A stretch of DNA of 64,000 nucleotides from assembly GCA_963923455.1 (NCBI GenBank), contig CAWULT010000006.1, forward strand, positions 1,586 through 65,585, written 5' to 3'. This stretch comes from an uncultured bacterium. GTDB lineage: Bacteria > Acidobacteriota > Vicinamibacteria > Vicinamibacterales > UBA2999. Every line of letters starts with the position of its first letter. The first letter of the stretch is position 1. Positions 54,957-64,000 of the stretch are shown one piece after another. Made by a program: the position numbers and the translations under genes. The notes under the pieces are model-generated. The model was not told the DNA's origin, ran no database searches, and saw only the letters and a program-made list of their open reading frames with translations.

Positions 54957-55448
54957 ATGAACCGCTCGTACGGCACGATGGTCCTCGCGGGGGCCGTCGT
55001 CGTGCTTGACCAGGCGACCAAGCTGCTCGTCCGGCAGCGGTTCGCCCCGTTCGACAGCGTTCAGGTCATTCCGGGATTCTTCGACCTGGCGCGGGTGCAC
55101 AACACCGGCGCCGCGTTCGGAATGCTCAACGGTGTAGACCTGCCGTACAAGACGGCCCTGCTGGCGCTGGTGGCGGTCGCGGCGCTCATCGGGCTGACGG
55201 TCTTCGCGGCCTCGCTGCCGTCCACCCACTGGCTCGCGCGCGTCGGCGTGCCGCTCGTCGTGGGCGGCGCAGTCGGCAACCTGATCGACCGGCTGACGCT
55301 CGGCTACGTGGTGGACTTCCTGGACTTCTACTGGCGGGGCTGGCACTTCTGGGCGTTCAACGTCGCCGACGCGGCCATCACGGTCGGGATGGCGCTCATC
55401 ATCCTGGACCAGATCGGAGCGGGACACCGTGTTTCCAGAGCTGTTTAG
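54957..55448 (+). CDS. lspA: Lipoprotein signal peptidase II
   Basis: Internal ATG 54957 (or GTG 54951, which overlaps the ileS stop), 163 aa. NTGAAFG and FNVADAAITVG motifs. Confidence 0.9.
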   Translation: MNRSYGTMVLAGAVVVLDQATKLLVRQRFAPFDSVQVIPGFFDLARVHNTGAAFGMLNGVDLPYKTALLALVAVAALIGLTVFAASLPSTHWLARVGVPLVVGGAVGNLIDRLTLGYVVDFLDFYWRGWHFWAFNVADAAITVGMALIILDQIGAGHRVSRAV

Positions 55449-56238
55449 CATCGGCCCGGTGACGATCTACACGTACGGCGTGCTGCTGGCCGCGTCGTAC
55501 CTGCTGGGCCTGCGCCTGGCCATGGCGCGCGCGAAGCGCTGGGGGCTCGACCACAACCGCGTGCTCGACCTCGGCATCTACATCATCATCGCGGCGCTCG
55601 TCGGGGCGAAGCTGCTGCTGCTCGTCGTCGACTTCGACTCGTTCCGCCGCTCGCCGGCCGACCTGCTCTCGCTGGCGCGCTCCGGCGGCGTGTTCTACGG
55701 CGGCCTGATCCTGGCCGTAACCGTGGCGTTCTGGTACATCGCCAGGCACCGCATGCCCTTCTGGACGACCTGCGACGTCTTCGCGCCCGGCATCGCCCTG
55801 GGCCACGTGACGGGCCGGCTCGGCTGCTTCGCGGCGGGCTGCTGCTACGGCAGGCCGACCGACGTCTCGTGGGCCGTCGTCTTCACCAACCCGCTGGCCA
55901 ACGCCAACGTCGGGACGCCGCTCGGCATCCCGCTGCATCCCACGCAGCTCTACGAGGCGGGCGCGGAGCTGCTGATCCTCGTGCTGCTGCTGGCGACGGA
56001 GCGCCGCGGCCGGCAGTTCGCGGGCCGGACGTTCTGGTCGTACATGTTCCTGTATGCCGTCTCGCGGTACGTGATCGAGATCTACCGGGGCGACCCGCGC
56101 GGCACGGTGTTCGGCACGCTCTCCACGTCGCAGTTCATCTCGCTGCTGCTGGGCCCGCTCAGCGTCGTCATGCTGGTGTGGCTGATGCGCACGATGGCCG
56201 ACGCCGCCCACGGGATGCCGCGTCGCCGCGAGGCCTGA
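55429..56238 (+). CDS. lgt: Prolipoprotein diacylglyceryl transferase
   Basis: GTG start, 269 aa. GRLGCFAAGCCYG and HPTQLYE motifs. 20-nt overlap with lspA. Confidence 0.9.
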   Translation: MFPELFSIGPVTIYTYGVLLAASYLLGLRLAMARAKRWGLDHNRVLDLGIYIIIAALVGAKLLLLVVDFDSFRRSPADLLSLARSGGVFYGGLILAVTVAFWYIARHRMPFWTTCDVFAPGIALGHVTGRLGCFAAGCCYGRPTDVSWAVVFTNPLANANVGTPLGIPLHPTQLYEAGAELLILVLLLATERRGRQFAGRTFWSYMFLYAVSRYVIEIYRGDPRGTVFGTLSTSQFISLLLGPLSVVMLVWLMRTMADAAHGMPRRREA

Positions 56239-56244
56239 GGCCCG

Positions 56245-57210
56245 GTGGACCCGACCGATTTCGTCGTGACGCCCGAGGGCGAGGGCCAGCGCCTCGACCG
56301 GTACCTCGTATCGGTCATGGGCGACCAGTCGCGGTCCCAGATCCAGAAGCTGATCGTCGACGGCTGCGTGACCGTCGAGGGCCGCCAGGCGCGGGCCAAC
56401 CTGACCGTACACGAGGGCGACCGGGTCTACGTGCAGGTGCCGGCGGCCGCACCGTCGATGCTGGCGCGGCAGGCGCTCCCCCTCGAGATCGTCTACCAGG
56501 ACCTGGACCTCGCCGTCGTGAACAAGCCGGCCGGCATGGTGGTGCATCCGGGCGCCGGCCACGAATCCGGCACGCTGGTGAACGCGCTGCTGCACCACCT
56601 GACCGATCTGAGTGGCATCGGCGGCGAGCTGCGGCCGGGCATCGTGCACCGGCTCGACCGGGGCACGTCCGGCCTGATGGTCATCGCCAAGCACGACACC
56701 GCCCACCGGGAACTGGCGCGCCAGTTCCACGACCGCGAAGTCGAAAAGGAGTACATCGCGCTGGTCTGGGGCGTGGTGCACGCGGGACGCCGCATCGACG
56801 CGGCGATCGGCCGCGACCCCGGCGACCGCCAGAAGATGTCGGCCCGGGCGAAGCATGCCCGCCACGCGGTCACGCGGATCACGCGCGCGCTGCACCTGCC
56901 GGGCCTGACGCTCTGCCAGGTGGCGATCCACACCGGACGGACGCACCAGATTCGCGTGCACCTGAGCGCCATCGGCCACCCGATCGTCGGCGATTCGGTG
57001 TACGGCGGGGTGCACCGCCGCGTCGCGGGCGACATCCGCGCCGTGCAGCGGCTCGAGCGGCCGTTCCTGCACGCGGCCCGGCTCGCGTTCACGCACCCCA
57101 CCGACGGCCGTCGGCTCGAGTTCACGGCGCCGCTGCCGGCCGACCTCCAGCGGGTGTTGGACGACCTGCCGGGCGTCGAGGCGCTCGCGGAAGGCGGCGA
57201 GGATGAGTGA
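56245..57210 (+). CDS. rluD: RluA-family 23S rRNA pseudouridine synthase (RluD-like)
   Basis: 321 aa. N-terminal S4-like domain, catalytic HRLDRGTSGLMV, and GRTHQIRVH. Confidence 0.88.
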   Translation: MDPTDFVVTPEGEGQRLDRYLVSVMGDQSRSQIQKLIVDGCVTVEGRQARANLTVHEGDRVYVQVPAAAPSMLARQALPLEIVYQDLDLAVVNKPAGMVVHPGAGHESGTLVNALLHHLTDLSGIGGELRPGIVHRLDRGTSGLMVIAKHDTAHRELARQFHDREVEKEYIALVWGVVHAGRRIDAAIGRDPGDRQKMSARAKHARHAVTRITRALHLPGLTLCQVAIHTGRTHQIRVHLSAIGHPIVGDSVYGGVHRRVAGDIRAVQRLERPFLHAARLAFTHPTDGRRLEFTAPLPADLQRVLDDLPGVEALAEGGEDE

Positions 57211-57745
57211 CGCGATCACGCCGAGGGCCGTCCGCGAGGTGTTCCGCGGCCGCGTCTTCACGCTGCAGGTCGAGTCGATCACGCTGCCGTCGGGACACGC
57301 GCTCGACGCCGAGATCATCCGGCACCCCGGGTCGGTCGTAATCATCCCGGTCACCACCGACGGGTGCATCGTCCTCGTGCGGCAGTACCGGCATGCCATC
57401 GGCCGACACGCCTGGGAGCTGCCGGCCGGCAGCCTGAAGCCCGGCGAGGCCCGCGAGTCGGCCGCCGTCCGTGAGTGCCACGAGGAGACGGGGTGGATTC
57501 CGTCGTCGGTCGCGCCCGTCGGGTCGCTCTTTCCGACGCCCGGCTACTGTGACGAGGAGATGCACTTCTACCGGGCCACGGGCCTGCGCCGGCCCGGTGC
57601 CGGCGACGCGGCTGCGCACCCCGACGAGGACGAGGACATCGAGGCGAGGGCGTTCACGCCGGCCGAGGTGCGCGCGATGATTGCGGCCGGCGATATCGTC
57701 GACATGAAGACCGTGTCGGGCCTCGCGCTGATCCACGAGGCCTGA
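57203..57745 (+). CDS. NUDIX hydrolase (ADP-ribose pyrophosphatase-like)
   Basis: 180 aa. Nudix box GSLKPGEARESAAVRECHEETG. Confidence 0.85.
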   Translation: MSDAITPRAVREVFRGRVFTLQVESITLPSGHALDAEIIRHPGSVVIIPVTTDGCIVLVRQYRHAIGRHAWELPAGSLKPGEARESAAVRECHEETGWIPSSVAPVGSLFPTPGYCDEEMHFYRATGLRRPGAGDAAAHPDEDEDIEARAFTPAEVRAMIAAGDIVDMKTVSGLALIHEA

Positions 57746-57770
57746 CCCGCCACGCGCCGGAGGGCGGGTC
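57744..57770. terminator. Hairpin between the convergent NUDIX and lon genes
   Basis: GACCCGCC-11 nt-GGCGGGTC, an 8-bp GC stem within the 28-nt gap. No T-tract. Confidence 0.4.
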
Positions 57771-57773
57771 GCG

Positions 57774-60209
57774 TTACTGCAACGGCGGCTGGGTCCGGCG
57801 GTCCGAGCGGTCGGAGGTGACGGGCGCGGGCGGCGTGAGCGCGAGCAACAGCACCTCGTCGACGCTCTGCACGTAGTGGATGGTCAGCTGTCGCCGCAGC
57901 TCCTCGCTCAGGTCTTCCTTGACGTTCTTCTCGTTCTGCCGCGGCAGGATCACCTCGCGGATGCCGACGCGACGCGCCGCCAGCACTTTCTCCTTGATGC
58001 CGCCGACGGGAAGCACGCGGCCCGACAGGGTGATCTCCCCGGTCATCGCAATGTCACCCCGCACGGGTCGCCGCGTCACCTCGGAGGCGAGCGCCGTGGC
58101 GATGGTGATGCCCGCCGACGGGCCGTCCTTCGGAATGGCGCCCGAGGGCACGTGCAGGTGCACTTCCGCGTTCTTGAAGAACTCCGGATCCGCACCGTAG
58201 GAGGCCGCGTGCGCGCGGAACCACGACAGCGCCGCGCGGGCCGACTCCTTCATGACGTCCCCCAGCTGTCCGGTCAGCGTCAGCGTGCCGCCGCCCGCCA
58301 TCCGCGAGGCCTCGATGAAGAGCACGTCGCCGCCGGCCGGCGTCCAGGCCAGGCCGATCGCCACGCCCGGCCGCCGCGTGCGCTCCCCGACCTCCTCGTC
58401 CTGGAAGCTCGGGGCTCCGAGCATCTCCACGACGACCGCCGGCGTGATCGCCAACGGCGCCTCGTCGCCCTCGGCCCGCCGCCGCGCTGCCTTGCGGCAC
58501 AGGGCGCCGATCTCCCGCTCGAGGTTCCGGACGCCGGCCTCGCGGGTGTAGCCGCGGATCACGGCGCGCAGCGCGTCGTCGGTCACGGTCAACTGCTCGG
58601 CGGACAGCCCGTGGTTGACGACCTGCTTGTGCAGCAGGTGGTCGCGGGCGATCGCCAGCTTCTCGTCCTCGGTGTAGCCGGGGATCTCGAGCACCTCCAT
58701 CCGGTCCCGCAACGCCGGCGGGATGGGGTCGAGCACGTTGGCCGTCGTGATGAACAGCACCTCCGACAGGTCGAAGGGCACGTCGAGGTAGTGGTCGCGG
58801 AACGTGGCGTTCTGCTCGGGATCGAGCACTTCGAGCAGGGCCGACGCCGGGTCGCCCCGGAAGTCGGACCCGAGCTTGTCGATCTCGTCCAGGATGAACA
58901 CGGGGTTCTTCGAGCCGGCACGGCGGAGCCCCTGGATGATCTGGCCGGGCAGCGCCCCGATGTAGGTGCGGCGGTGGCCACGGATCTCGGCCTCGTCCCG
59001 CATGCCACCCAGCGAGACCCGGACGAACGTGCGACCGAGCGACTGCGCGATGGAGCGCGCCAGCGAGGTCTTGCCGACGCCGGGCGGCCCGGCGAAGCAG
59101 AGAATCGGTCCCTTCAGCGACGGATTGAGCTTGCGGACCGCGAGGTACTCGAGGATGCGGTCCTTGGCCTTGTCGAGGCCCGAGTGCTCCGCGTCGAGCA
59201 CCTGCTTGGTCCGCGGCAGGTCCACGGTTTCCTCGCTCCTGGCCTGCCACGGCAGGCACACGAGCCAGTCGAGGTACGTGCGCGACACGGTGTACTCGGC
59301 GGCGGCGGCTGGCATCTTCGCCAGGCGCTCCAGCTCGCGCACCGCCTCCTTCCTGACGGCCTCGGGCATTCCGGCCGCCTCGATCTTCTCGCGCAGCTCC
59401 TCGATTTCCTTCGTCTGGTCGTCGCCCTCGCCCAGTTCCTTCTGGATCGCCTTGAGCTGTTCGCGCAGGAAGTACTCGCGCTGGTTCTTGCCGACCTCGG
59501 ACTGCACCTGGGACTGGATCTTCGAGCCGAGCTCCAGGACCTCGAGTTCCTTCACGAGGATCCGGTTCAGGCTGGTCATGCGCTCGCGCACGTCCAGCGT
59601 CTCGAGCACCTCCTGCTTCACCGACGTCGGGATGGTCGTCAGGCTCGAGGCGATGAAGTCGGCGAGCCGGCCGGGCTCGTTGACCGACGCCGCCAGCGTC
59701 TGCAGGTCGTCCGAGAGCAGGGGCGACAGGGACACGACCTGCTGGAAGTTCGCCTTGATGTTCCGCATCAGCGCGTCGGCCTCGACGCGATCGCCCTCCT
59801 GCAGCGCCTCGGACGCACGCGAGACGCGCGCCACCAGGTAAGGCTTGCTGGCGGTGACGTCGTCGAGCGTCACCCGTGCCAGACCCTGGACGATCAGGCG
59901 CAGGCTGCCGTCCGGCAGCTTGAACATCTTGTGGATGTGGCTGATGGTGCCAACCCGGTGCAGGTCGTCCTGCGACGGCTCCTCGATGGTCGGATCCTTC
60001 TGCGTGAAGACGCCGACAGGCCGACCCGCCCCCATCGCCTCGTCGATGAGCTGCACGGAGCTCTCGCGGGCCACGGCCAGGGGCATGTAGGAGTTCGGGA
60101 ACAGCACGGTGTCGCGCAGCGGCAGGACCGGCAGCTCCGGCGGCACCTCGAACGAGGCGTCACCGGGCGGCAGCTGCGGCGGCGGAACGGGCTCGGGACG
60201 TTCAGACAT
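57774..60209 (-). CDS. lon: ATP-dependent Lon protease (endopeptidase La)
   Basis: 811 aa. Walker [13 protein letters not shown]+ blocks and catalytic [10 protein letters not shown]. Confidence 0.97.
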   Translation of the reverse strand: MSERPEPVPPPQLPPGDASFEVPPELPVLPLRDTVLFPNSYMPLAVARESSVQLIDEAMGAGRPVGVFTQKDPTIEEPSQDDLHRVGTISHIHKMFKLPDGSLRLIVQGLARVTLDDVTASKPYLVARVSRASEALQEGDRVEADALMRNIKANFQQVVSLSPLLSDDLQTLAASVNEPGRLADFIASSLTTIPTSVKQEVLETLDVRERMTSLNRILVKELEVLELGSKIQSQVQSEVGKNQREYFLREQLKAIQKELGEGDDQTKEIEELREKIEAAGMPEAVRKEAVRELERLAKMPAAAAEYTVSRTYLDWLVCLPWQARSEETVDLPRTKQVLDAEHSGLDKAKDRILEYLAVRKLNPSLKGPILCFAGPPGVGKTSLARSIAQSLGRTFVRVSLGGMRDEAEIRGHRRTYIGALPGQIIQGLRRAGSKNPVFILDEIDKLGSDFRGDPASALLEVLDPEQNATFRDHYLDVPFDLSEVLFITTANVLDPIPPALRDRMEVLEIPGYTEDEKLAIARDHLLHKQVVNHGLSAEQLTVTDDALRAVIRGYTREAGVRNLEREIGALCRKAARRRAEGDEAPLAITPAVVVEMLGAPSFQDEEVGERTRRPGVAIGLAWTPAGGDVLFIEASRMAGGGTLTLTGQLGDVMKESARAALSWFRAHAASYGADPEFFKNAEVHLHVPSGAIPKDGPSAGITIATALASEVTRRPVRGDIAMTGEITLSGRVLPVGGIKEKVLAARRVGIREVILPRQNEKNVKEDLSEELRRQLTIHYVQSVDEVLLLALTPPAPVTSDRSDRRTQPPLQ

Positions 60210-60280
60210 GGTGTGCGCTCCTAATCAGCTTAGCAGCCGCGGCGCGCCTGGCACGCGCCGGTTCGGAGGCGGGACCGGTC

Positions 60281-60332
60281 AAAAACGAAAGACCCGGCAC
60301 CCGGCCGCAGGTTGGCCGGGAGGTGCCGGGTC
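60281..60332 (-). terminator. Rho-independent terminator of dksA
   Basis: The minus strand reads GACCCGGCACCTCCCGGCC-AACCTGC-GGCCGGGTGCCGGGTC followed by TTTCGTTTTT. It is the only canonical stem + T-tract terminator I found in the window. Confidence 0.8.
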
Positions 60333-60353
60333 GTGGTCGGGCGCGGAACGCGC

Positions 60354-60803
60354 TCAGTTCGAAGTGTCGAACAGGAACGCTGACGAGCTGCGGCGCTGCG
60401 ACATCCGCTCGCGGTGCTCAGCGGTCTCGCGGGCCTCTTCGCAATCCTTGCAGCGCACCGCGAAGGGCAGCGCACGAAGGCGTGCCTCGGAAATCTCGTC
60501 GCCGCACTCGAAGCAGTCACCGTAGCTGCCGTCTTCCAGCCGCCGGAGCGCCGCGTCGATCTTGTTCAGCGTCTCCGACTTCATCTGGATGAGGGCGAAC
60601 TCGATGTCCTCCTGGATGTCGACCTCGGAGCTCTCGCCCTGGTCGAGGACATCGCGTTCCTTGTTCGTGTTGTCGGCGCGCACGTCGCGAATACGACCCT
60701 GCACTTCGACCATCAGCTCGCGGCGGCGGTTCTCGAGCATCTTCTTCAGCTCGTTGTAGCGACTCGTCTTGGTCGAGCCCTTCGTCTTGGTCATCGTAGC
60801 CAT
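60354..60803 (-). CDS. dksA: DksA/TraR-family C4 zinc-finger RNA-polymerase-binding protein
   Basis: 149 aa. Coiled-coil N-terminal part and zinc finger CFECGDEISEARLRALPFAVRCKDC. AAGGAG lies 9 nt upstream of the ATG. Confidence 0.88.
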   Translation of the reverse strand: MATMTKTKGSTKTSRYNELKKMLENRRRELMVEVQGRIRDVRADNTNKERDVLDQGESSEVDIQEDIEFALIQMKSETLNKIDAALRRLEDGSYGDCFECGDEISEARLRALPFAVRCKDCEEARETAEHRERMSQRRSSSAFLFDTSN

Positions 60804-61317
60804 GGTGCCTGCCGCTCCTTGGCGCCTTGCGCCGCTTCCCGGGTAATACTGCCTGGCATTCGTGGCCAGGCGCTGATATCAGTCCGTCGTTGTGTCCAGG
60901 CTATATGCAGTTCGCGTGCCGAATTTGGCCTTCTTGAGCACCGGGAACGCTCTCCCCTGAGGGTGGGCTCGGCCATGTCCTGGACTCAGGCCAACAAGAC
61001 TCTATTAATCAGTCATTTATCGGAGACGATGGCAACCGGGATTCGCGCTCGTCACCCGCACAGCCAGTAAGACGCCGACCGACGTCGTACGGTCTCCTCA
61101 AGGTAGTGCCCACTAAAGTGGACTGGCAAATCTGCCCTGTTCCACAGTCCGGCCTGCCGACAGCACGCTTGGACGTCGGATCTCCGGCCCACTGGCCTGC
61201 CAGCTCTGCCGTGTAGCTGCGGATCGGCAATGTGCATAATAATCTACATACTGGTGATGTACAAACACACCAGTTCAGTCTTCCGCAATCCAGGCCCGAT
61301 GTGCGAAGCTGTCGCCG

Positions 61318-61995
61318 ATGACCTGTCCCCTGTGCCGCCAGCGCAAGGCCAAGCGGCAGTGCCCGGCGCTCGGCCAGACGATCTGCGCCGTCTGCTGCGC
61401 GACGAAGCGCGAGAAGGAGATCGCCTGTCCAGCCACGTGTGCCCACCTGACGGCTGGCCGTGACCATCCAGCCGCCGTGGTCCGGCGCCAGCAGGAACGC
61501 GACGTCGCAGCTCTCCTGCCGTCCATGCGAGGGCTGACCGAGCGTCAGCAGCAGCTCTACTTTCTGTTCCAGACGGTCATCGCCAGCCAGAAGCCCGACG
61601 GGCTGGCCCGCCTGGTCGACCTTGACGTGGCGGAGGGGGCCGCGGCCGCCGCCGCGACACTCGAGACGGCGGCGCGAGGACTGATCTACGAGCACACGCC
61701 GCCATCGGTGCTGGCCCAGCGGCTGGCGCGGGAGTTCCAGGCGCTGCTGGCGCGCGTGCGGGAACACGGCGCCAAGGTCTTCGACCGGGAAGCGGCCCTC
61801 GTGCTGAGGGCCATCGAACGGGGCGCCCGCGAAACCCACGACAGGGCGCCGGACGCGCCCGACCCCCAGACGGCGTATCTCACCGTGATGGCAAGGCTGC
61901 TGCACATCAGCGGCCGCGGCCCGACGCCGGCGGACGGGGCGGACACGGCCGGCCCTGGCGGCCCGGGCACGCCGGGCTCACTGATCGTGCCGTAG
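61318..61995 (+). CDS. Cysteine-rich hypothetical protein
   Basis: 225 aa. Eight Cys in the first 41 residues (C3,C6,C15,C23,C26,C27,C37,C41: [41 protein letters not shown]), followed by a helical Ala/Arg/Leu-rich body. Confidence 0.65.
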   Translation: MTCPLCRQRKAKRQCPALGQTICAVCCATKREKEIACPATCAHLTAGRDHPAAVVRRQQERDVAALLPSMRGLTERQQQLYFLFQTVIASQKPDGLARLVDLDVAEGAAAAAATLETAARGLIYEHTPPSVLAQRLAREFQALLARVREHGAKVFDREAALVLRAIERGARETHDRAPDAPDPQTAYLTVMARLLHISGRGPTPADGADTAGPGGPGTPGSLIVP

Positions 61996-62083
61996 ACCTG
62001 CTACAATTCAGAGTTTGTTCGACGGGCGCCAGGCCCGGCCACGGGTGGACGGCGGCCATTCACGAGACAGGACAGAGGATTTC

Positions 62084-62275
62084 ATGGCGAAGCGGTGCGA
62101 AATCTGCGACAAGGGCCCGGTGGTCGGCCGGACCGTCTCTCACGCCCACAACGTCGGCCCGCGGCGATTCGAGCCGAACCTGCAGTCGGTTCGGGCGCTC
62201 GTCAACGGCGCGGTGAAGCGGATGCGTGTCTGCACCCGCTGCCTGCGGAGCGGCAAAGTCACCAAGGCGGCCTAG
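62084..62275 (+). CDS. rpmB: 50S ribosomal protein L28
   Basis: Internal ATG 62084 with AGAGGA upstream, 63 aa. [34 protein letters not shown] is typical of L28. Confidence 0.92.
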   Translation: MAKRCEICDKGPVVGRTVSHAHNVGPRRFEPNLQSVRALVNGAVKRMRVCTRCLRSGKVTKAA

Positions 62276-62655
62276 TGCTGCGAGCGGTGTCCTCGCCCGA
62301 CGCACCGGGCGCCATCGGACCGTACTCGCCGGCCATCGTGGCCGGCAACCTGGTGTTCCTGTCGGGTCAGATTCCGCTCGACCCCGCCACGGGTCAGCTC
62401 GTCGACGGCGACGTCGCCGCCCAGACCGATCGCGTGATGCGCAACATCGCCGCCCTGCTGAAGGCAGCGGGCACCGGGTTCGAGCACGTGGTCCGGACGA
62501 CGGTGTACCTCGCGGACATGAACGAGTTCGCGGCGATGAACGCCGTGTACGGCCAGTACGTGTCGGAGCCGCCACCGGCCCGGGCGACCGTGCAAGTCGC
62601 CCGGCTGCCCAGGGACGTCAGGGTCGAAATCGACGCGATCGCAGTTCTGGCCTAG
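62275..62655 (+). CDS. ridA: RidA/YjgF-family reactive enamine/imine deaminase
   Basis: GTG 62275 overlaps the rpmB TAG by 1 nt, 126 aa. APGAIGPYSPAIVAGNLVFLSGQIPLDP and PARATVQVARLPRDVRVEIDAIA. Confidence 0.88.
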   Translation: MLRAVSSPDAPGAIGPYSPAIVAGNLVFLSGQIPLDPATGQLVDGDVAAQTDRVMRNIAALLKAAGTGFEHVVRTTVYLADMNEFAAMNAVYGQYVSEPPPARATVQVARLPRDVRVEIDAIAVLA

Positions 62656-62668
62656 TCACGCGTCGCCG

Positions 62669-64000
<1,332 letters not shown>

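Noticed and set aside
60210-60280. Heat-shock (sigma32 or CIRCE/HrcA) control element upstream of lon
   Set aside because: A TTGACC follows the dksA terminator, but there is no CCCCATnT-like -10 and no TTAGCACTC-N9-GAGTGCTAA inverted repeat, only a 4-bp CTAA...TTAG symmetry.
60804-61317. Tested whether the long spacer encodes a known housekeeping ncRNA (RNase P RNA, tmRNA, SRP/4.5S RNA, 6S RNA)
   Set aside because: On neither strand did I see the RNase P GGAAAGTCCGG core, a tmRNA tRNA-like end (…GGTTCGA..CCACCA) or the SRP GGAA/AGCA symmetric-loop motif. I found no long end-to-end complementarity as in 6S RNA. It is kept as an unexplained spacer, not called as an ncRNA.
61052-61463. Track ORFs 61052..61237 (-, 61 aa) and 61230..61463 (+, 77 aa) inside the spacer
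   Set aside because: Odd composition (MCIIIYILVMYKH..., Arg-rich tails) and no SD. The second runs out of frame into the Cys-rich gene. They are more likely chance ORFs in the AT-rich promoter region.

Overview
This is a gene-dense, very GC-rich bacterial chromosomal segment (about 70% GC by eye, not computed). I call about 66 protein-coding genes, one tRNA-Ala(GGC) and a few promoter, operator and terminator candidates. I saw no rRNA, CRISPR array, transposase, integrase or phage genes, and no obvious defence island.

Because of the GC content, almost every real gene is shadowed by long Arg/Ala/Pro/Gly-rich ORFs in other frames. I kept only frames with recognisable family motifs or sensible composition. 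Many track ORFs were trimmed to internal starts that abut or overlap the upstream stop by 1-4 nt; ATGA, GTGA and TGATG junctions are the norm here. The track prints GTG and TTG starts as M.

Most of the content is housekeeping: rsmE, prfA-prmC, ileS-lspA-lgt-rluD, lon, dksA, rpmB-ridA, rel, moaE-moaD, thiD, bioY, class I fumarase, erpA and apbC. Other content:
- an AddB-AddA type double-strand-break repair pair
- a class II photolyase operon
- two active/inactive M16 peptidase pairs
- a CarboxypepD_reg-type TonB-dependent receptor with an MFS transporter

The receptor type and composition suggest an Acidobacteriota-like organism, but that is inference only.

The observations most worth a second look are:
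1. A Fur-family repressor fused to an intact diiron rubrerythrin-like domain (37669..38649). It sits in an overlapping operon with erpA, a PHP phosphoesterase and an ABC-ATPase-fold protein whose catalytic motifs are all substituted (36139..39027).
2. An exported, largely helical protein translationally coupled to addB-addA.
3. A convergent pair of tiny zinc-ribbon ORFs, one of them missing from the ORF track.
4. Tandem AhpD/CMD-like paralogs coupled to the TonB-dependent receptor.
5. A 514-bp GC-poor non-coding gap between dksA and a Cys-rich protein gene.
6. AT-only -10-like hexamers placed exactly 7 nt upstream of three start codons, which suggests leaderless mRNAs.
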